This document shows, in pieces, positions 18,929-27,909 of a DNA stretch of 64,000 nt (position 1 is the first letter of the stretch; each line of letters opens with the position of its first letter). Source of the stretch: an uncultured Clostridia bacterium. Lineage in GTDB: Bacteria; Bacillota; Clostridia; Oscillospirales; Oscillospiraceae. The DNA is taken from contig CAMJGL010000005.1 of the NCBI GenBank assembly GCA_946405205.1, positions 33,013-97,012 of the forward strand, written 5' to 3'. Under the pieces are notes generated by a model. That model saw nothing but the letters and a program-made list of their open reading frames with translations, made no database searches and had not been told where the DNA came from. A program made the position numbers and the translations under genes.

Positions 18929-19273
18929 TTACCCTCCCATATTCAGCGCAGTTTTTAAAACCTGTATCCTGTCGCTTGTAAATCCGGTGAAAGCCTCGAC
19001 CGCTTTGATTATTGAAAGTCTCACCTCCGGGTTTTCAGCTCCCTCGCAAACAATTACGGCTCCGTTTTCGGAAAGCAGTACCTTTGCCTCCCCAACGCCC
19101 TCGCATTTTTCCAGCACCGTCTCAAGCCTTATCTCGTCGTCGACCGCGGTATTATCCGTCTTATCCGCGCTTCCCTTCCCTGTCGGGATAAGCATTATTA
19201 CAAGGCCCAGGAGCAGTGCCAGCAAAGGATACTTATATTTATCGATATGCTTTTTTATCTTCTCAGTTGTCAT
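18929..19273 (-). CDS. spoIIIAG: stage III sporulation protein AG (unusually short, 114 aa)
   Basis: Lies between AF and AH. N-terminal TM helix, then LETVLEKCEGVGEAKVLL...GAVIVCEGAENPEVRLSIIKAVEAFTG..RIQVL, resembling the two flanks of the SpoIIIAG ring-building motif. Confidence 0.6.
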   Translation of the reverse strand: MTTEKIKKHIDKYKYPLLALLLGLVIMLIPTGKGSADKTDNTAVDDEIRLETVLEKCEGVGEAKVLLSENGAVIVCEGAENPEVRLSIIKAVEAFTGFTSDRIQVLKTALNMGG

Positions 19274-19760
19274 ATTCCCCGCTCCATTGCTGGTTATCTC
19301 TGCTTATCCCGAGCTCCGCTTCGATGCACGAGCTCATTCTTTCACGCTGAGCCTGACTTACGCTGCCTGTTATCGCCGCTTCCGACGGATACCAGTATCC
19401 TTCGTCGCTCCAGACGGCCAAAATCTCTACCTCGTCAAGCTGTACACCTAAATTTTCGGCTTTGTCCAATATATATGCTTCGCACTCATCCTCTATGATA
19501 GTGCGGTTCAAATTTTTGCTGTAGCTTTCGCCCTGCGCCGCAAAGGACTCCGCCTCGAGCTTAAAGCCGGCCAAAGTCTCTGAATAGCTGTTCAGGTCTA
19601 TACCTGCAAGAGGCGATATGAACGCAACGCACATTGCGGCTCCGCAGAGTATCGTCAATGCTTTTTTTACCCTGCCGCCCGGAGTGATGACGAGGGCTAT
19701 ACCGCATATGACGCCTGTGTATATTACGGCGTTAAGCCACGCTCTGAGTACTTCTGCCAT
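19263..19760 (-). CDS. spoIIIAF: stage III sporulation protein AF
   Basis: Two N-terminal TM helices and operon position. Start chosen at MAEVLRAW (19760), a 1-nt overlap with the AE stop. The longest ORF reaches 19820. Confidence 0.7.
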   Translation of the reverse strand: MAEVLRAWLNAVIYTGVICGIALVITPGGRVKKALTILCGAAMCVAFISPLAGIDLNSYSETLAGFKLEAESFAAQGESYSKNLNRTIIEDECEAYILDKAENLGVQLDEVEILAVWSDEGYWYPSEAAITGSVSQAQRERMSSCIEAELGISRDNQQWSGEYDN

Positions 19761-20815
19761 TATCCGCCCACCGCCTTTATCGAAATTCCTATAGAAATGA
19801 ACAGTATCACCGCACAGCATCCGATGAGCCCGAGGAGCATGCCTATTGCGCTTCCAATACCGTCTGCAAGTGCTGACAGCTTATCGGCCCTGAAGACCTG
19901 TATCATCGCAGCCGCTGCCTTATACGCAAGATAGTTTATCCCCATCACAGCAAACGGCGCAACGCAGATAGCCAATACGGCGAGCAAACCGAACACGCCT
20001 ACCGAGTTCCTGAGCATCTCCGCTCCGGCGACCACCGTTGAGGCCGCGTCGGATATTATGCTGCCGACTATCGGCAGGGCTGTTGATATGGCTGTTTTTG
20101 TGAACTTTGAGGCGACAGCGTCACCGCCTGAGGCGATGACCGAGCTCAAGCTGATATACACGGTGAAGGCAAGGGCTGTAAAGGTCATAAGGCAAGTGCA
20201 TAACCACTTTATAAGCTTTGAGACGCTTGCGAGGCTTTTGTTACCCATGGAGACGGCGGCAACATGGACGGCGAGATACGCATATATAAGAGGCATTATG
20301 ACATATTGAGCCATTGTCACGAATGCGTCCATGAAAAGCACCGACGCCGCGTATTTGACCGTTGCCGAGCCAAGCGTTCCGCAGGCGGCCCCCGCCGCGC
20401 ACAGGGCCGGCAGCAGGGTCTTTGAAAAAACGAATATGGAATTTAGGGCATCGGCACTTGAATTGATAAATGAGTTAACGTCGGCAATGCTTATGAGCGC
20501 TATCGCCGCACATCCGCCCAGCGATACATAGTCAGGCACATCCTCGGAGAATACATTCAGCATAGAGCAGATCATGGCAACAGCTATTATTGCAATTGCT
20601 TTTCTGAGCGCAGAACCCATATTTTCCGATATGCCGTCTTTAAGCTCCTCTGCCAACGCCCCAAGGCTTTTATCGGCGTCGGCGGTATCCTCACCCATCA
20701 GCTCGTCCGCGTATTCGGGAAGAGCGCCGCGCAGCTCGTTTTCGTCGTAAAGCTCCGCATAGCAGGAGCCGGTCAGGATAAAAGCAAACACAATAATCAG
20801 CAGCAGCTTTTTCAT
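19760..20815 (-). CDS. spoIIIAE: stage III sporulation protein AE
   Basis: 351 aa. Signal peptide followed by a polytopic membrane protein with the repeated-half pattern typical of SpoIIIAE. ATGA overlap with AD. Confidence 0.85.
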   Translation of the reverse strand: MKKLLLIIVFAFILTGSCYAELYDENELRGALPEYADELMGEDTADADKSLGALAEELKDGISENMGSALRKAIAIIAVAMICSMLNVFSEDVPDYVSLGGCAAIALISIADVNSFINSSADALNSIFVFSKTLLPALCAAGAACGTLGSATVKYAASVLFMDAFVTMAQYVIMPLIYAYLAVHVAAVSMGNKSLASVSKLIKWLCTCLMTFTALAFTVYISLSSVIASGGDAVASKFTKTAISTALPIVGSIISDAASTVVAGAEMLRNSVGVFGLLAVLAICVAPFAVMGINYLAYKAAAAMIQVFRADKLSALADGIGSAIGMLLGLIGCCAVILFISIGISIKAVGG

Positions 20816-21198
20816 ACGAGTTCACCGATCATTTCAAGTAGTGATTTTATCAGAGGTAGAGCCGTGAATACAGCGGCCGCCGCCCCCAAAAGATCAACCG
20901 CGGAGGCTATCCCCGATTGTCCGGCATCCTTGCAGAGGCTTGCGCTGATATTTACGACAATGGCTATGCCTACGCATTTTACTATCGGCATGAATACGGC
21001 CGAGCTGAGCCCTGTGCGGCTTATTGCGTAGTGGATAACATCAAAAATACTGCCGAACAACTCTGCCGCCGCAATGCATATGACAGCCGCCGCCGCTATA
21101 GCAGCGACAAGCCCCATCTCCTGATTGCTTTTTTTGATGAGCAGCGCGCACAGCGCAGCGATTATGCCTACCGCGGCCCCTTTGATAACGATTTCCAT
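20812..21198 (-). CDS. spoIIIAD: stage III sporulation protein AD
   Basis: 128 aa, four-TM small membrane protein, in operon position. Confidence 0.8.
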   Translation of the reverse strand: MEIVIKGAAVGIIAALCALLIKKSNQEMGLVAAIAAAAVICIAAAELFGSIFDVIHYAISRTGLSSAVFMPIVKCVGIAIVVNISASLCKDAGQSGIASAVDLLGAAAAVFTALPLIKSLLEMIGELV

Positions 21199-21392
21199 TA
21201 CAGCTGAAACAGAGTCTTGATTATTCCGAACAGCTCGCTTATTTTCTGCACCACCACGATAAGTACCACGACGAGCGCTGCTATCGTTGTCATCAGCGCC
21301 TGCTCGTCCCTGCCGGAGCGGCTGAGCAAAATGTTCAGTACCGCGACTAAAATGCCGACGGCCGCGATTTTAAATATCAGATCGATCTCCAT
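21198..21392 (-). CDS. spoIIIAC: stage III sporulation protein AC
   Basis: 64 aa, two-TM protein beginning MEIDLIFKIAAVGILVAVLN. Operon position. Confidence 0.8.
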   Translation of the reverse strand: MEIDLIFKIAAVGILVAVLNILLSRSGRDEQALMTTIAALVVVLIVVVQKISELFGIIKTLFQL

Positions 21393-21404
21393 TTTTCCTC
21401 CGTA

Positions 21405-21914
21405 TTACAACAGCATGATGGCTATTATCAGGCCTGTCCCGCTGCCTATGCCTATGTACATTCTCTTATTTACACTCAGATTGGAGCTGAATATCTGCTG
21501 CTCCTGTGAGAGTACAGCCATGCATCGCTCGATAGCTGCGCACTGCATCTCAGCGTCATAGCGCCCCAGGCTGCCGCCGAGGCTCTTTACGGCAGCAAGC
21601 GATGCCGGTGAGAGCTGCTGCAAATACTTGTCCGCGCAGCCGCACCATATCTCCGCAAAGGAATGCTCTCCGAGTGCCGTAAGCTGCGCCGCCGCAGCGG
21701 ATACGAATGGCCTGACCTGTTTTGCCGCGCCTTCCTCCAGTACCGTGAACACCTCATCCATGGGCGCTCTGCGAGTGCATATCTCGCCTTTTGCTATCTC
21801 GAGCATTGAGATAAGCGCCGCATAGCATTTTTCGGTATTGCCGAGTGAGTATGCTTTTTTTATGCCTATCATCGAGCAGGCCGCCACTATTATCACTGCT
21901 CCAAGCCAATTCAT
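21405..21914 (-). CDS. spoIIIAB: stage III sporulation protein AB
   Basis: About 169 aa from MNWLGAVIIV (ATG 21912-21914, directly after the AA stop at 21916-21918). The longest ORF (to 21995) would overlap AA by 80 nt. Confidence 0.75.
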   Translation of the reverse strand: MNWLGAVIIVAACSMIGIKKAYSLGNTEKCYAALISMLEIAKGEICTRRAPMDEVFTVLEEGAAKQVRPFVSAAAAQLTALGEHSFAEIWCGCADKYLQQLSPASLAAVKSLGGSLGRYDAEMQCAAIERCMAVLSQEQQIFSSNLSVNKRMYIGIGSGTGLIIAIMLL

Positions 21915-21915
21915 T

Positions 21916-22782
21916 TCATATCTCCCCGTATGAATAGCTGCGTTTCCCGCAGCGGTTTTCAATAACGACTGCATTTTTGAATACTCCGAGCTCAAGCAGC
22001 CTTCTGTACACCGGTCTGCTGCACAGCTCGGACTTGTCGGCTGCGTGAGCCGTCGCTATAAGCCTCACCCCGCAGCCTGACGCAGTTTCGGCGGCTTCCA
22101 CATCCTCCGGGGAGCTTATCTCGTCCATGGCGATTATCTGCGGGTTCATTGCTCTCAGCAGCATCATGACCGCCTGAGCCTTTGGAACGCCGGACATGAT
22201 ATCGCTTGCATTTCCGAGGTCAAATTGAGGCACTCCCCTATGTACCGCGGCAAGCTCTCCGCGCTCGTCGGCAACGGAGACCCGCTTGCCTGAGTCTGAC
22301 AACTGCCTTATGCACTCGCGCAGAAATGTGGTCTTGCCGTATCCGGGCGGCGACAATACCAGAACACTGCCACGGGCCTCTGCCTTGATCCTGTCTATCG
22401 CCGCTTGTCCGCACCCCCTGATCTCGTGCGGTATTCTTATTGCAAGCGAGCTTATGCCGCGCATCCCTGTAACCTTGCCGTCATCGATGATGCCTGTCCC
22501 GCACAGGCCTATCCTGATGCCGCCGGAGCAATTGATGAAACCTTTGGCGATGCTGCTTTGCGCCGTATGCACAGAGGCGTTAGTTGCCCGCTCTATAACC
22601 CAGTCTATGTCCCTTGTTTCTGTCAAAACGTCGGATATGGGTATCTCCGTTCCCCCAATGAGGACGGCAGCCTTTCTTCCCGCTCTGAGGCGGAATTCCT
22701 CCGCCTCAGATGCAGGTATGCCTGAACATTCCGTCAGCAGCCGCCGCGGCAGCAGCTCGAGAGCCTTTTCGTAGGTGTTCAT
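21916..22782 (-). CDS. spoIIIAA: stage III sporulation protein AA (ATPase)
   Basis: 288 aa. Walker A SPPGYGKTT and Walker B IIAMDEI. First gene of the spoIIIA cluster. Confidence 0.85.
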   Translation of the reverse strand: MNTYEKALELLPRRLLTECSGIPASEAEEFRLRAGRKAAVLIGGTEIPISDVLTETRDIDWVIERATNASVHTAQSSIAKGFINCSGGIRIGLCGTGIIDDGKVTGMRGISSLAIRIPHEIRGCGQAAIDRIKAEARGSVLVLSPPGYGKTTFLRECIRQLSDSGKRVSVADERGELAAVHRGVPQFDLGNASDIMSGVPKAQAVMMLLRAMNPQIIAMDEISSPEDVEAAETASGCGVRLIATAHAADKSELCSRPVYRRLLELGVFKNAVVIENRCGKRSYSYGEI

Positions 22783-22791
22783 CGTATTCTC

Positions 22792-24279
22792 CTACCGCAC
22801 GACGGGTATCAGCAGCAGTCTGCCCTCGATGCTCTCACCGTCCTCAATGGCGTTTATCTCTTTTATGAGCGCCATGTCGGAACCGTACTTTTTTGCTATG
22901 CTCCACAGATCGCTGTCAAGGGCCCTGCACATATATGCTGAGGCTCCGGCTCTGCCCGACTCGCATGGCTCGGCGCTGATGTCGTTAATCATCGTCACTT
23001 CGGCATGCATAACGGTGTAAAGCTCAGCTTCTATATCCACTGAGATATTTATCACGGCTTCATCGGCTTTTGCGGCTGCCCTGATGTTTCTAACGCGTGT
23101 CGACTCAAGCTCGAAACCTTCACCAATTTCGTACGGTATTTCCGCTGTACCCCGCACCCTGCAGGAGCGCAGCGAGCCTTCGCTGTCGGCATAAATTATA
23201 TCCGCGGTCACCGGTGTCGATATCTGCCCTTCGGTGATATCGAGGGCACTGCATGAGGCATTGGCGCAGAGTATCCTGCTGACGCCGTAATCCGAGTTAT
23301 ATGAAAGGGATATGTTCTCGCTTGAGGTCGTGCATGAGACAGCGCTCAGATACTCAAACTCAGCGGAGTTCGTGCTCAGCTCCATACCGCAGGCGTATGC
23401 GTCATCGATGCAGCTAATATGCTGCTGCTCGGTGCATACGATTTGTATCACTCCTCGTATATCGGCGGCAAGCTTCTCGCCCAGATGCTCAAAGTACTGA
23501 CCCGTGACCATGCCTACGGCTCGGACTTTTGGCTCGTTGGCGTCATCGGGAAGCTCGAAAAGCTGGGAAAAGCCTATGCTGAAGTCCGCCGTCTCGGGAG
23601 CAGAGGACACAACATACAGCGCATGTATCAGTGCCCGCCCTTTTACGATAAGCTTGCTGCCTATCACCTCGCTGCTTTCAACAACAAGGTTTGAACAGGC
23701 GGAGACGAATTCACCGTTTTGTAAGCTTTCCGGGAGCTGGAGATCCTCCTCAAGGCTCAGCATTTTTTCGCCTGCAAGCACAACGCCCTGATAATCGATT
23801 TCGCCAGACTTTATGAACAGCTTTTCGGTCGGGGCATCAGGCGCTTCAGCCCATGAAAAGTCCAGATATTTATAGCAGCACTGCGTAACACAAAGGTCTG
23901 CATTTACCGATACCTTGCGCGGATTCACCGGCTTGACTTCAAGATTCAGTACAGACGTATCAATTATAGACACGCTCGTGCTGTCCGCGCCGGGTGCGTC
24001 AAGCTTGACCTCAAAAGGTATAACGGCGCTTATCGTCCGTATCCCCTCTCCTGTCTCTGGGATATACAGCACCGTAACATCCAGCTCGCCGCCCACGGAA
24101 ACGCAGTCCGTCTCAAGGTTTTTTGACCTTATTCTGCACTGATGCCTGCAGCCGAGTATGCGCAGAATATCCTCCATAGTGTCGGGTACAACAATGTCCT
24201 CCTTCAGCCCGGCGGCTGACTTGGTGCAGCACAGCTTTTTATATACGCTTTTTTCTCTGTTTTTGAGTTCGATTTTCAT
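22792..24279 (-). CDS. SPOCS (DUF3794) domain protein with C-terminal LysM; SipL/SpoVID-like spore morphogenetic protein
   Basis: 495 aa. N-terminal pattern VVPDTMEDILRILG...VGGELDVTVLYIPE resembles DUF3794. The last ~45 aa (DLWSIAKKYGSDMALIKEINAIEDGESIEGRLLLIP) are LysM-like. Ends 9 nt before spoIIIAA. Confidence 0.6.
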   Translation of the reverse strand: MKIELKNREKSVYKKLCCTKSAAGLKEDIVVPDTMEDILRILGCRHQCRIRSKNLETDCVSVGGELDVTVLYIPETGEGIRTISAVIPFEVKLDAPGADSTSVSIIDTSVLNLEVKPVNPRKVSVNADLCVTQCCYKYLDFSWAEAPDAPTEKLFIKSGEIDYQGVVLAGEKMLSLEEDLQLPESLQNGEFVSACSNLVVESSEVIGSKLIVKGRALIHALYVVSSAPETADFSIGFSQLFELPDDANEPKVRAVGMVTGQYFEHLGEKLAADIRGVIQIVCTEQQHISCIDDAYACGMELSTNSAEFEYLSAVSCTTSSENISLSYNSDYGVSRILCANASCSALDITEGQISTPVTADIIYADSEGSLRSCRVRGTAEIPYEIGEGFELESTRVRNIRAAAKADEAVINISVDIEAELYTVMHAEVTMINDISAEPCESGRAGASAYMCRALDSDLWSIAKKYGSDMALIKEINAIEDGESIEGRLLLIPVVR

Positions 24280-24317
24280 AATAGCTCCGCCTTCCTTTGC
24301 ACTTATGCTGTTTGTAC

Positions 24318-24344
24318 AAACTATGCGGCCGGTACGGATAATAT
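24318..24344 (-). promoter_or_regulatory. candidate mother-cell (sigma-E/K-like) promoter
   Basis: Minus strand ATA, 16 nt, CATAGTTT, compared with the remembered sigma-E consensus ATA-N16-18-cATAcanT. Lies about 40 nt upstream of the SPOCS-LysM start. Match by eye only. Confidence 0.3.
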
Positions 24345-24346
24345 TA

Positions 24347-24499
24347 CTATTTGCATCTGCGGATCCAGATGCCGAGGCAGATAAGTCCCGCCGCCAGAAT
24401 GAACCACCAGAACTGCGTCGGCAGTATCAGCGCCAAGATTATTATTATCCCGCTCACAATTGCTATCGTTGCAAACAGAGAAAATGGCCCCTTATGCAA
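24347..24499 (-). CDS. hypothetical 50-aa two-TM membrane micro-protein
   Basis: Own translation: (TTG)HKGPFSLFATIAIVSGIIIILALILPTQFWWFILAAGLICLGIWIRRCK*. Strongly hydrophobic and fills an otherwise 280-nt gap. There is no ATG, and the GGAGG lies in the rsgA terminator stem. Confidence 0.4.
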   Translation of the reverse strand: MHKGPFSLFATIAIVSGIIIILALILPTQFWWFILAAGLICLGIWIRRCK

Positions 24500-24547
24500 A
24501 AAACCGCCTCCCGCACAAGCGTTTGTAAAACACTATGCGGGAGACGG
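24498..24547 (-). terminator. intrinsic terminator after rsgA
   Basis: 12-bp stem CCGUCUCCCGCA / UGCGGGAGGCGG (one G-U pair), 20-nt loop, then TTTTTT. Confidence 0.7.
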
Positions 24548-24559
24548 TCATATTATGTT

Positions 24560-25438
24560 TCATTTGTTTTCCCAGAACTTGTTCTGGGCGCTCAGCTCAT
24601 AAAGCCGTTTGTATGACTGATATCGGCTGAGCTTTATCCTGCCGTTTTGCACGGCCTCTGTCACGGCACAGCCAGGCTCTTTAAGATGAGCGCAGTCAGC
24701 AAAACGGCACTTGCCAATGAAGCTTCTGAAGTCTCTGAAATCATATTGCAGCTCCTGCTTATCAATCGTCTGCATCATTTCAACTTCAAAGGAGGCAAAT
24801 CCGGGCGTATCCGCAATGAAGGTATCCTCATCAACGGCGAAAAATTCAACGTGCCGCGTTGTATGTCTGCCGCGGCCAAGCTTTTCGCTCACTTCGCCGA
24901 CTTCAAGATCAAGTCCCGGAACTATGGAGTTCAGAATGCTGGATTTTCCCACACCGGAGTTGCCCGTGAAAGCGCAGATCTTTCCCTTAAGGGCGCTTTT
25001 GAGCTCATCAATGCCGCTGCCGTCGAAAGCGCTGACTCTGAATGTATCGAAGCCTGACGAGGAGTAGATATCGTATAGCTCATTTGCGGGATCAAGATCC
25101 GTTTTGTTTATGCAGACAATAAGCTCGCAGCCGGCCTCCTCGGTTATGACGGAGACCCTGTCTATCAGGAACGGGTCGGTAACGGGATTGGTGTTTGCCG
25201 CGATAAATACAAGCACGTCAATGTTCGCAACTGCAGGCCGGATGAAAAAGTTTTTTCTTTCATGGACTTTTTCGATATATCCCTTGCCGTTTCCGCTTAC
25301 AGCAAAGCTCACCCTGTCGCCCACCAATGGGGATGTTCCGTCAAGCCGGAATTTACCCCTTGCTCTGCACTCGTACACCGAGTTTTCGGCGCTGACATAG
25401 TAAAAACCGCTGAGGGCTTTGATTATAGTACCGTTCAT
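24560..25438 (-). CDS. rsgA: ribosome small-subunit-dependent GTPase A
   Basis: 292 aa. Circularly permuted GTPase (NKTDL ... GNSGVGKSS) and a C-terminal zinc knuckle CRFADCAHLKEPGCAV. Confidence 0.9.
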   Translation of the reverse strand: MNGTIIKALSGFYYVSAENSVYECRARGKFRLDGTSPLVGDRVSFAVSGNGKGYIEKVHERKNFFIRPAVANIDVLVFIAANTNPVTDPFLIDRVSVITEEAGCELIVCINKTDLDPANELYDIYSSSGFDTFRVSAFDGSGIDELKSALKGKICAFTGNSGVGKSSILNSIVPGLDLEVGEVSEKLGRGRHTTRHVEFFAVDEDTFIADTPGFASFEVEMMQTIDKQELQYDFRDFRSFIGKCRFADCAHLKEPGCAVTEAVQNGRIKLSRYQSYKRLYELSAQNKFWENK

Positions 25439-27154
25439 TTATCCCTCACTGCCGCTCTGACCGGAGGAGATCTGGATATAGATCTTTGTGTGTTCTTCGA
25501 CGGATTCGCCCGCGCCGCGGCTCTGCCATACGACAGTTCCGGCCTCAAGCTCACTGTCGACCACTGTCACGGAGCCGACGCTGAGGCTGCTTCCCTCTAT
25601 TTTGGCGACAGCCGCGTCCTTGGACAGGCCCTTGAGCTGCGGGACCGTGGTCATTTTGACCTCTGGGCCGGTGCTTATTATTATACTGACCGGGGAGCCG
25701 GCCTCCGCCTTTTCTCCTGCGGAGGGCTCGGTGTTTATTACATAGCCCTTGGTGATGCTGGAAGACGGAGCTTCGCTTATGGAATAGGTGAAGCCTGCAT
25801 CCTGGATAAGGCTGATCGCTTCATCGCGGCTTTTGTTGACGATATTAGGAACAAACAGATCCGCACGCTGGTCGTCGGGAAGTGCCTCGCCGGAACTGAT
25901 GATCAGTACAACTTCTATCTTTTCGTTCTTATCGCTGACCGATCTGCTTTGCCCACCCTCAGGATCCTGAGAAAGGATTATTCCTTTATCATGCTCAAGA
26001 TCGACCTTGTAGGTTATGGTGAACTTGAAGCTCTTCTTCAGATCCTCATCATTTATAACATCCTCATAGTACCTGCCGACAAAGTCCGGAACTTCGACCC
26101 TTACCGGCTCTGAGAACAGATCTTTAAGGAAATAACCGTTTATAAACACAAAAACCAGGATTATAAATATCAAAACCGCAAAGATGCCGGAGCTGAACGC
26201 GATTTTTCTTCTTCGCCTGCTGCTGCGTCTGCCGCCTTTTGGCTGTTCAGGAGCATCATCGCCGTCGATAAGGAACGCTTCGGGAGAGTCGCTGTCCTCA
26301 AGCACCTGAGCGGCAAGGCTCTGCTTACGGAAGGCTTCCAAATCATCCAGCAGCTCTGCCGCCGTCTGATATCGGGCATCAATATCCGAGTCCATTGCCT
26401 TTAGGCAGATGCGCTCAAGCTCCTCGGGTATCTCCGGCAGGATAGCGCGAGGCGGCGCGGCCTGTGTGTTCATATGCATGACGGCGACCTCGGTATCAGA
26501 ATTGCCTACATACGGAAGTCTTCCGGTGAGCATCTCGTACATCACTATGCCGAGAGAGTATATGTCGCTTCTGGCATCCGGCGCGGCTCCTCTTGCCTGT
26601 TCGGGTGCAATGTAATGCACCGAGCCCACAGTCTCACCGCTGCTCTCCTCAATATCACTCTGAAGCGATGCAATGCCGAAATCCGCTACCTTTATCATAC
26701 CATCCCTGAGCAGCATGATATTCTGCGGCTTTATGTCCCTGTGGATTATCCCCTTATTGTGGGCGTGCTTGAGCGCCTTGGCTATCTGGGTGGTAAAGCT
26801 GAGAACCTCGCTTGGGCATAAAGCCCCTGCCTTTTGCAGATACTGCTTCAGTGTTATACCGTCAACAAGCTCCATTACGATGTATTCAATGTCATCGCTG
26901 TGGCTGACGTCATACACCGAGACGATGTTCGGGTGCGAAAGCATGGCTACTGCCTGCGATTCCGCCCGAAATCTTTTTCTGAATTCCTCGTTTGCCGCGG
27001 TCTCATCCCGCATTATTTTGATTGCGTCATAGCGGTTTAGCCGGTGGCAGAGAGCCTTATAAACATATGCCATACCGCCGGAGCCGATAAGTTCCATGAT
27101 CTCATATCGACCGTCGAGCATCATACCTATATATTTTTCAGCACTGTTTTCCAT
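25439..27154 (-). CDS. prkC: Ser/Thr protein kinase with three PASTA domains
   Basis: Hanks kinase motifs (GSGGMAYVYKA, HRDIKPQN, DFGIA), a TM segment and three PASTA-like repeats. ATG at 27154 preferred. An alternative TTG at 27175 overlaps the stp stop. Confidence 0.9.
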   Translation of the reverse strand: MENSAEKYIGMMLDGRYEIMELIGSGGMAYVYKALCHRLNRYDAIKIMRDETAANEEFRKRFRAESQAVAMLSHPNIVSVYDVSHSDDIEYIVMELVDGITLKQYLQKAGALCPSEVLSFTTQIAKALKHAHNKGIIHRDIKPQNIMLLRDGMIKVADFGIASLQSDIEESSGETVGSVHYIAPEQARGAAPDARSDIYSLGIVMYEMLTGRLPYVGNSDTEVAVMHMNTQAAPPRAILPEIPEELERICLKAMDSDIDARYQTAAELLDDLEAFRKQSLAAQVLEDSDSPEAFLIDGDDAPEQPKGGRRSSRRRRKIAFSSGIFAVLIFIILVFVFINGYFLKDLFSEPVRVEVPDFVGRYYEDVINDEDLKKSFKFTITYKVDLEHDKGIILSQDPEGGQSRSVSDKNEKIEVVLIISSGEALPDDQRADLFVPNIVNKSRDEAISLIQDAGFTYSISEAPSSSITKGYVINTEPSAGEKAEAGSPVSIIISTGPEVKMTTVPQLKGLSKDAAVAKIEGSSLSVGSVTVVDSELEAGTVVWQSRGAGESVEEHTKIYIQISSGQSGSEG

Positions 27155-27171
27155 AAAAGCACCTTTAAATA

Positions 27172-27909
27172 TCAAATCTTCACCAGTACGACGGTCACAT
27201 TGTCCCGCGCACCTCTGTCAAGCGCAAGAGCCATGAGCTTACTGCAGACTTCCTCGGGGGAACCGTTGTTAAGAAAGCATTCGTACATCTCCTTATCGGA
27301 GACCATGTTGCTCAAGCCGTCAGAGCACAGGAGGATACCGTCTCCGGCTTTGAGCGGACATTCAAAATAATCACATTCTACCGACCTGTCAACACCGAGG
27401 GCTCGGGTGATAATGTTCTTTTTCTGGTGTGTCGCTGCCTCCTCACGGGTTATGGCCCCCATGTTGACAAGCTCCTGGACGTATGAATGGTCGCGGCTTA
27501 TCTGCTCGATACCGGCTCTGCTGAGGTGGTAGGCTCTGCTGTCGCCTACATTTACAAGAAAGGCCTTTCTGCGGGTGATTATTCCGCCGACAAGAGTCGT
27601 GCCCATGCCGTTATAGTTGGCGTCAAAGCGTGAGTATTCATAGACAACGCCGTTGGCGTCGGCGCAGCTTTCGCGCAGGAGCTTCTCCTGATTGCCGATA
27701 AAAAACCTTGGCGCCACAAGGGATTCAAATATCCTGCTGACAAATTCCTTGCTGGAGAGCCGGCTTGCGAGGTCACCGGCCTTGGCTCCGCCCATGCCGT
27801 CGCAAATGACAGCGACAACACTTTTACGCTTATCGCAATTTTCGATAATATAGCTGTCCTGGTTTTCGCTTCTGACTTTTCCCTTGTCAGTAATGCCGAA
27901 ACTTCTCAT
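27172..27909 (-). CDS. stp: PP2C-family Ser/Thr phosphatase
   Basis: 245 aa. TDKGKVRSENQD, DGMGG and DNVTVV motifs. ATGA overlap with rlmN. Confidence 0.9.
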   Translation of the reverse strand: MRSFGITDKGKVRSENQDSYIIENCDKRKSVVAVICDGMGGAKAGDLASRLSSKEFVSRIFESLVAPRFFIGNQEKLLRESCADANGVVYEYSRFDANYNGMGTTLVGGIITRRKAFLVNVGDSRAYHLSRAGIEQISRDHSYVQELVNMGAITREEAATHQKKNIITRALGVDRSVECDYFECPLKAGDGILLCSDGLSNMVSDKEMYECFLNNGSPEEVCSKLMALALDRGARDNVTVVLVKI

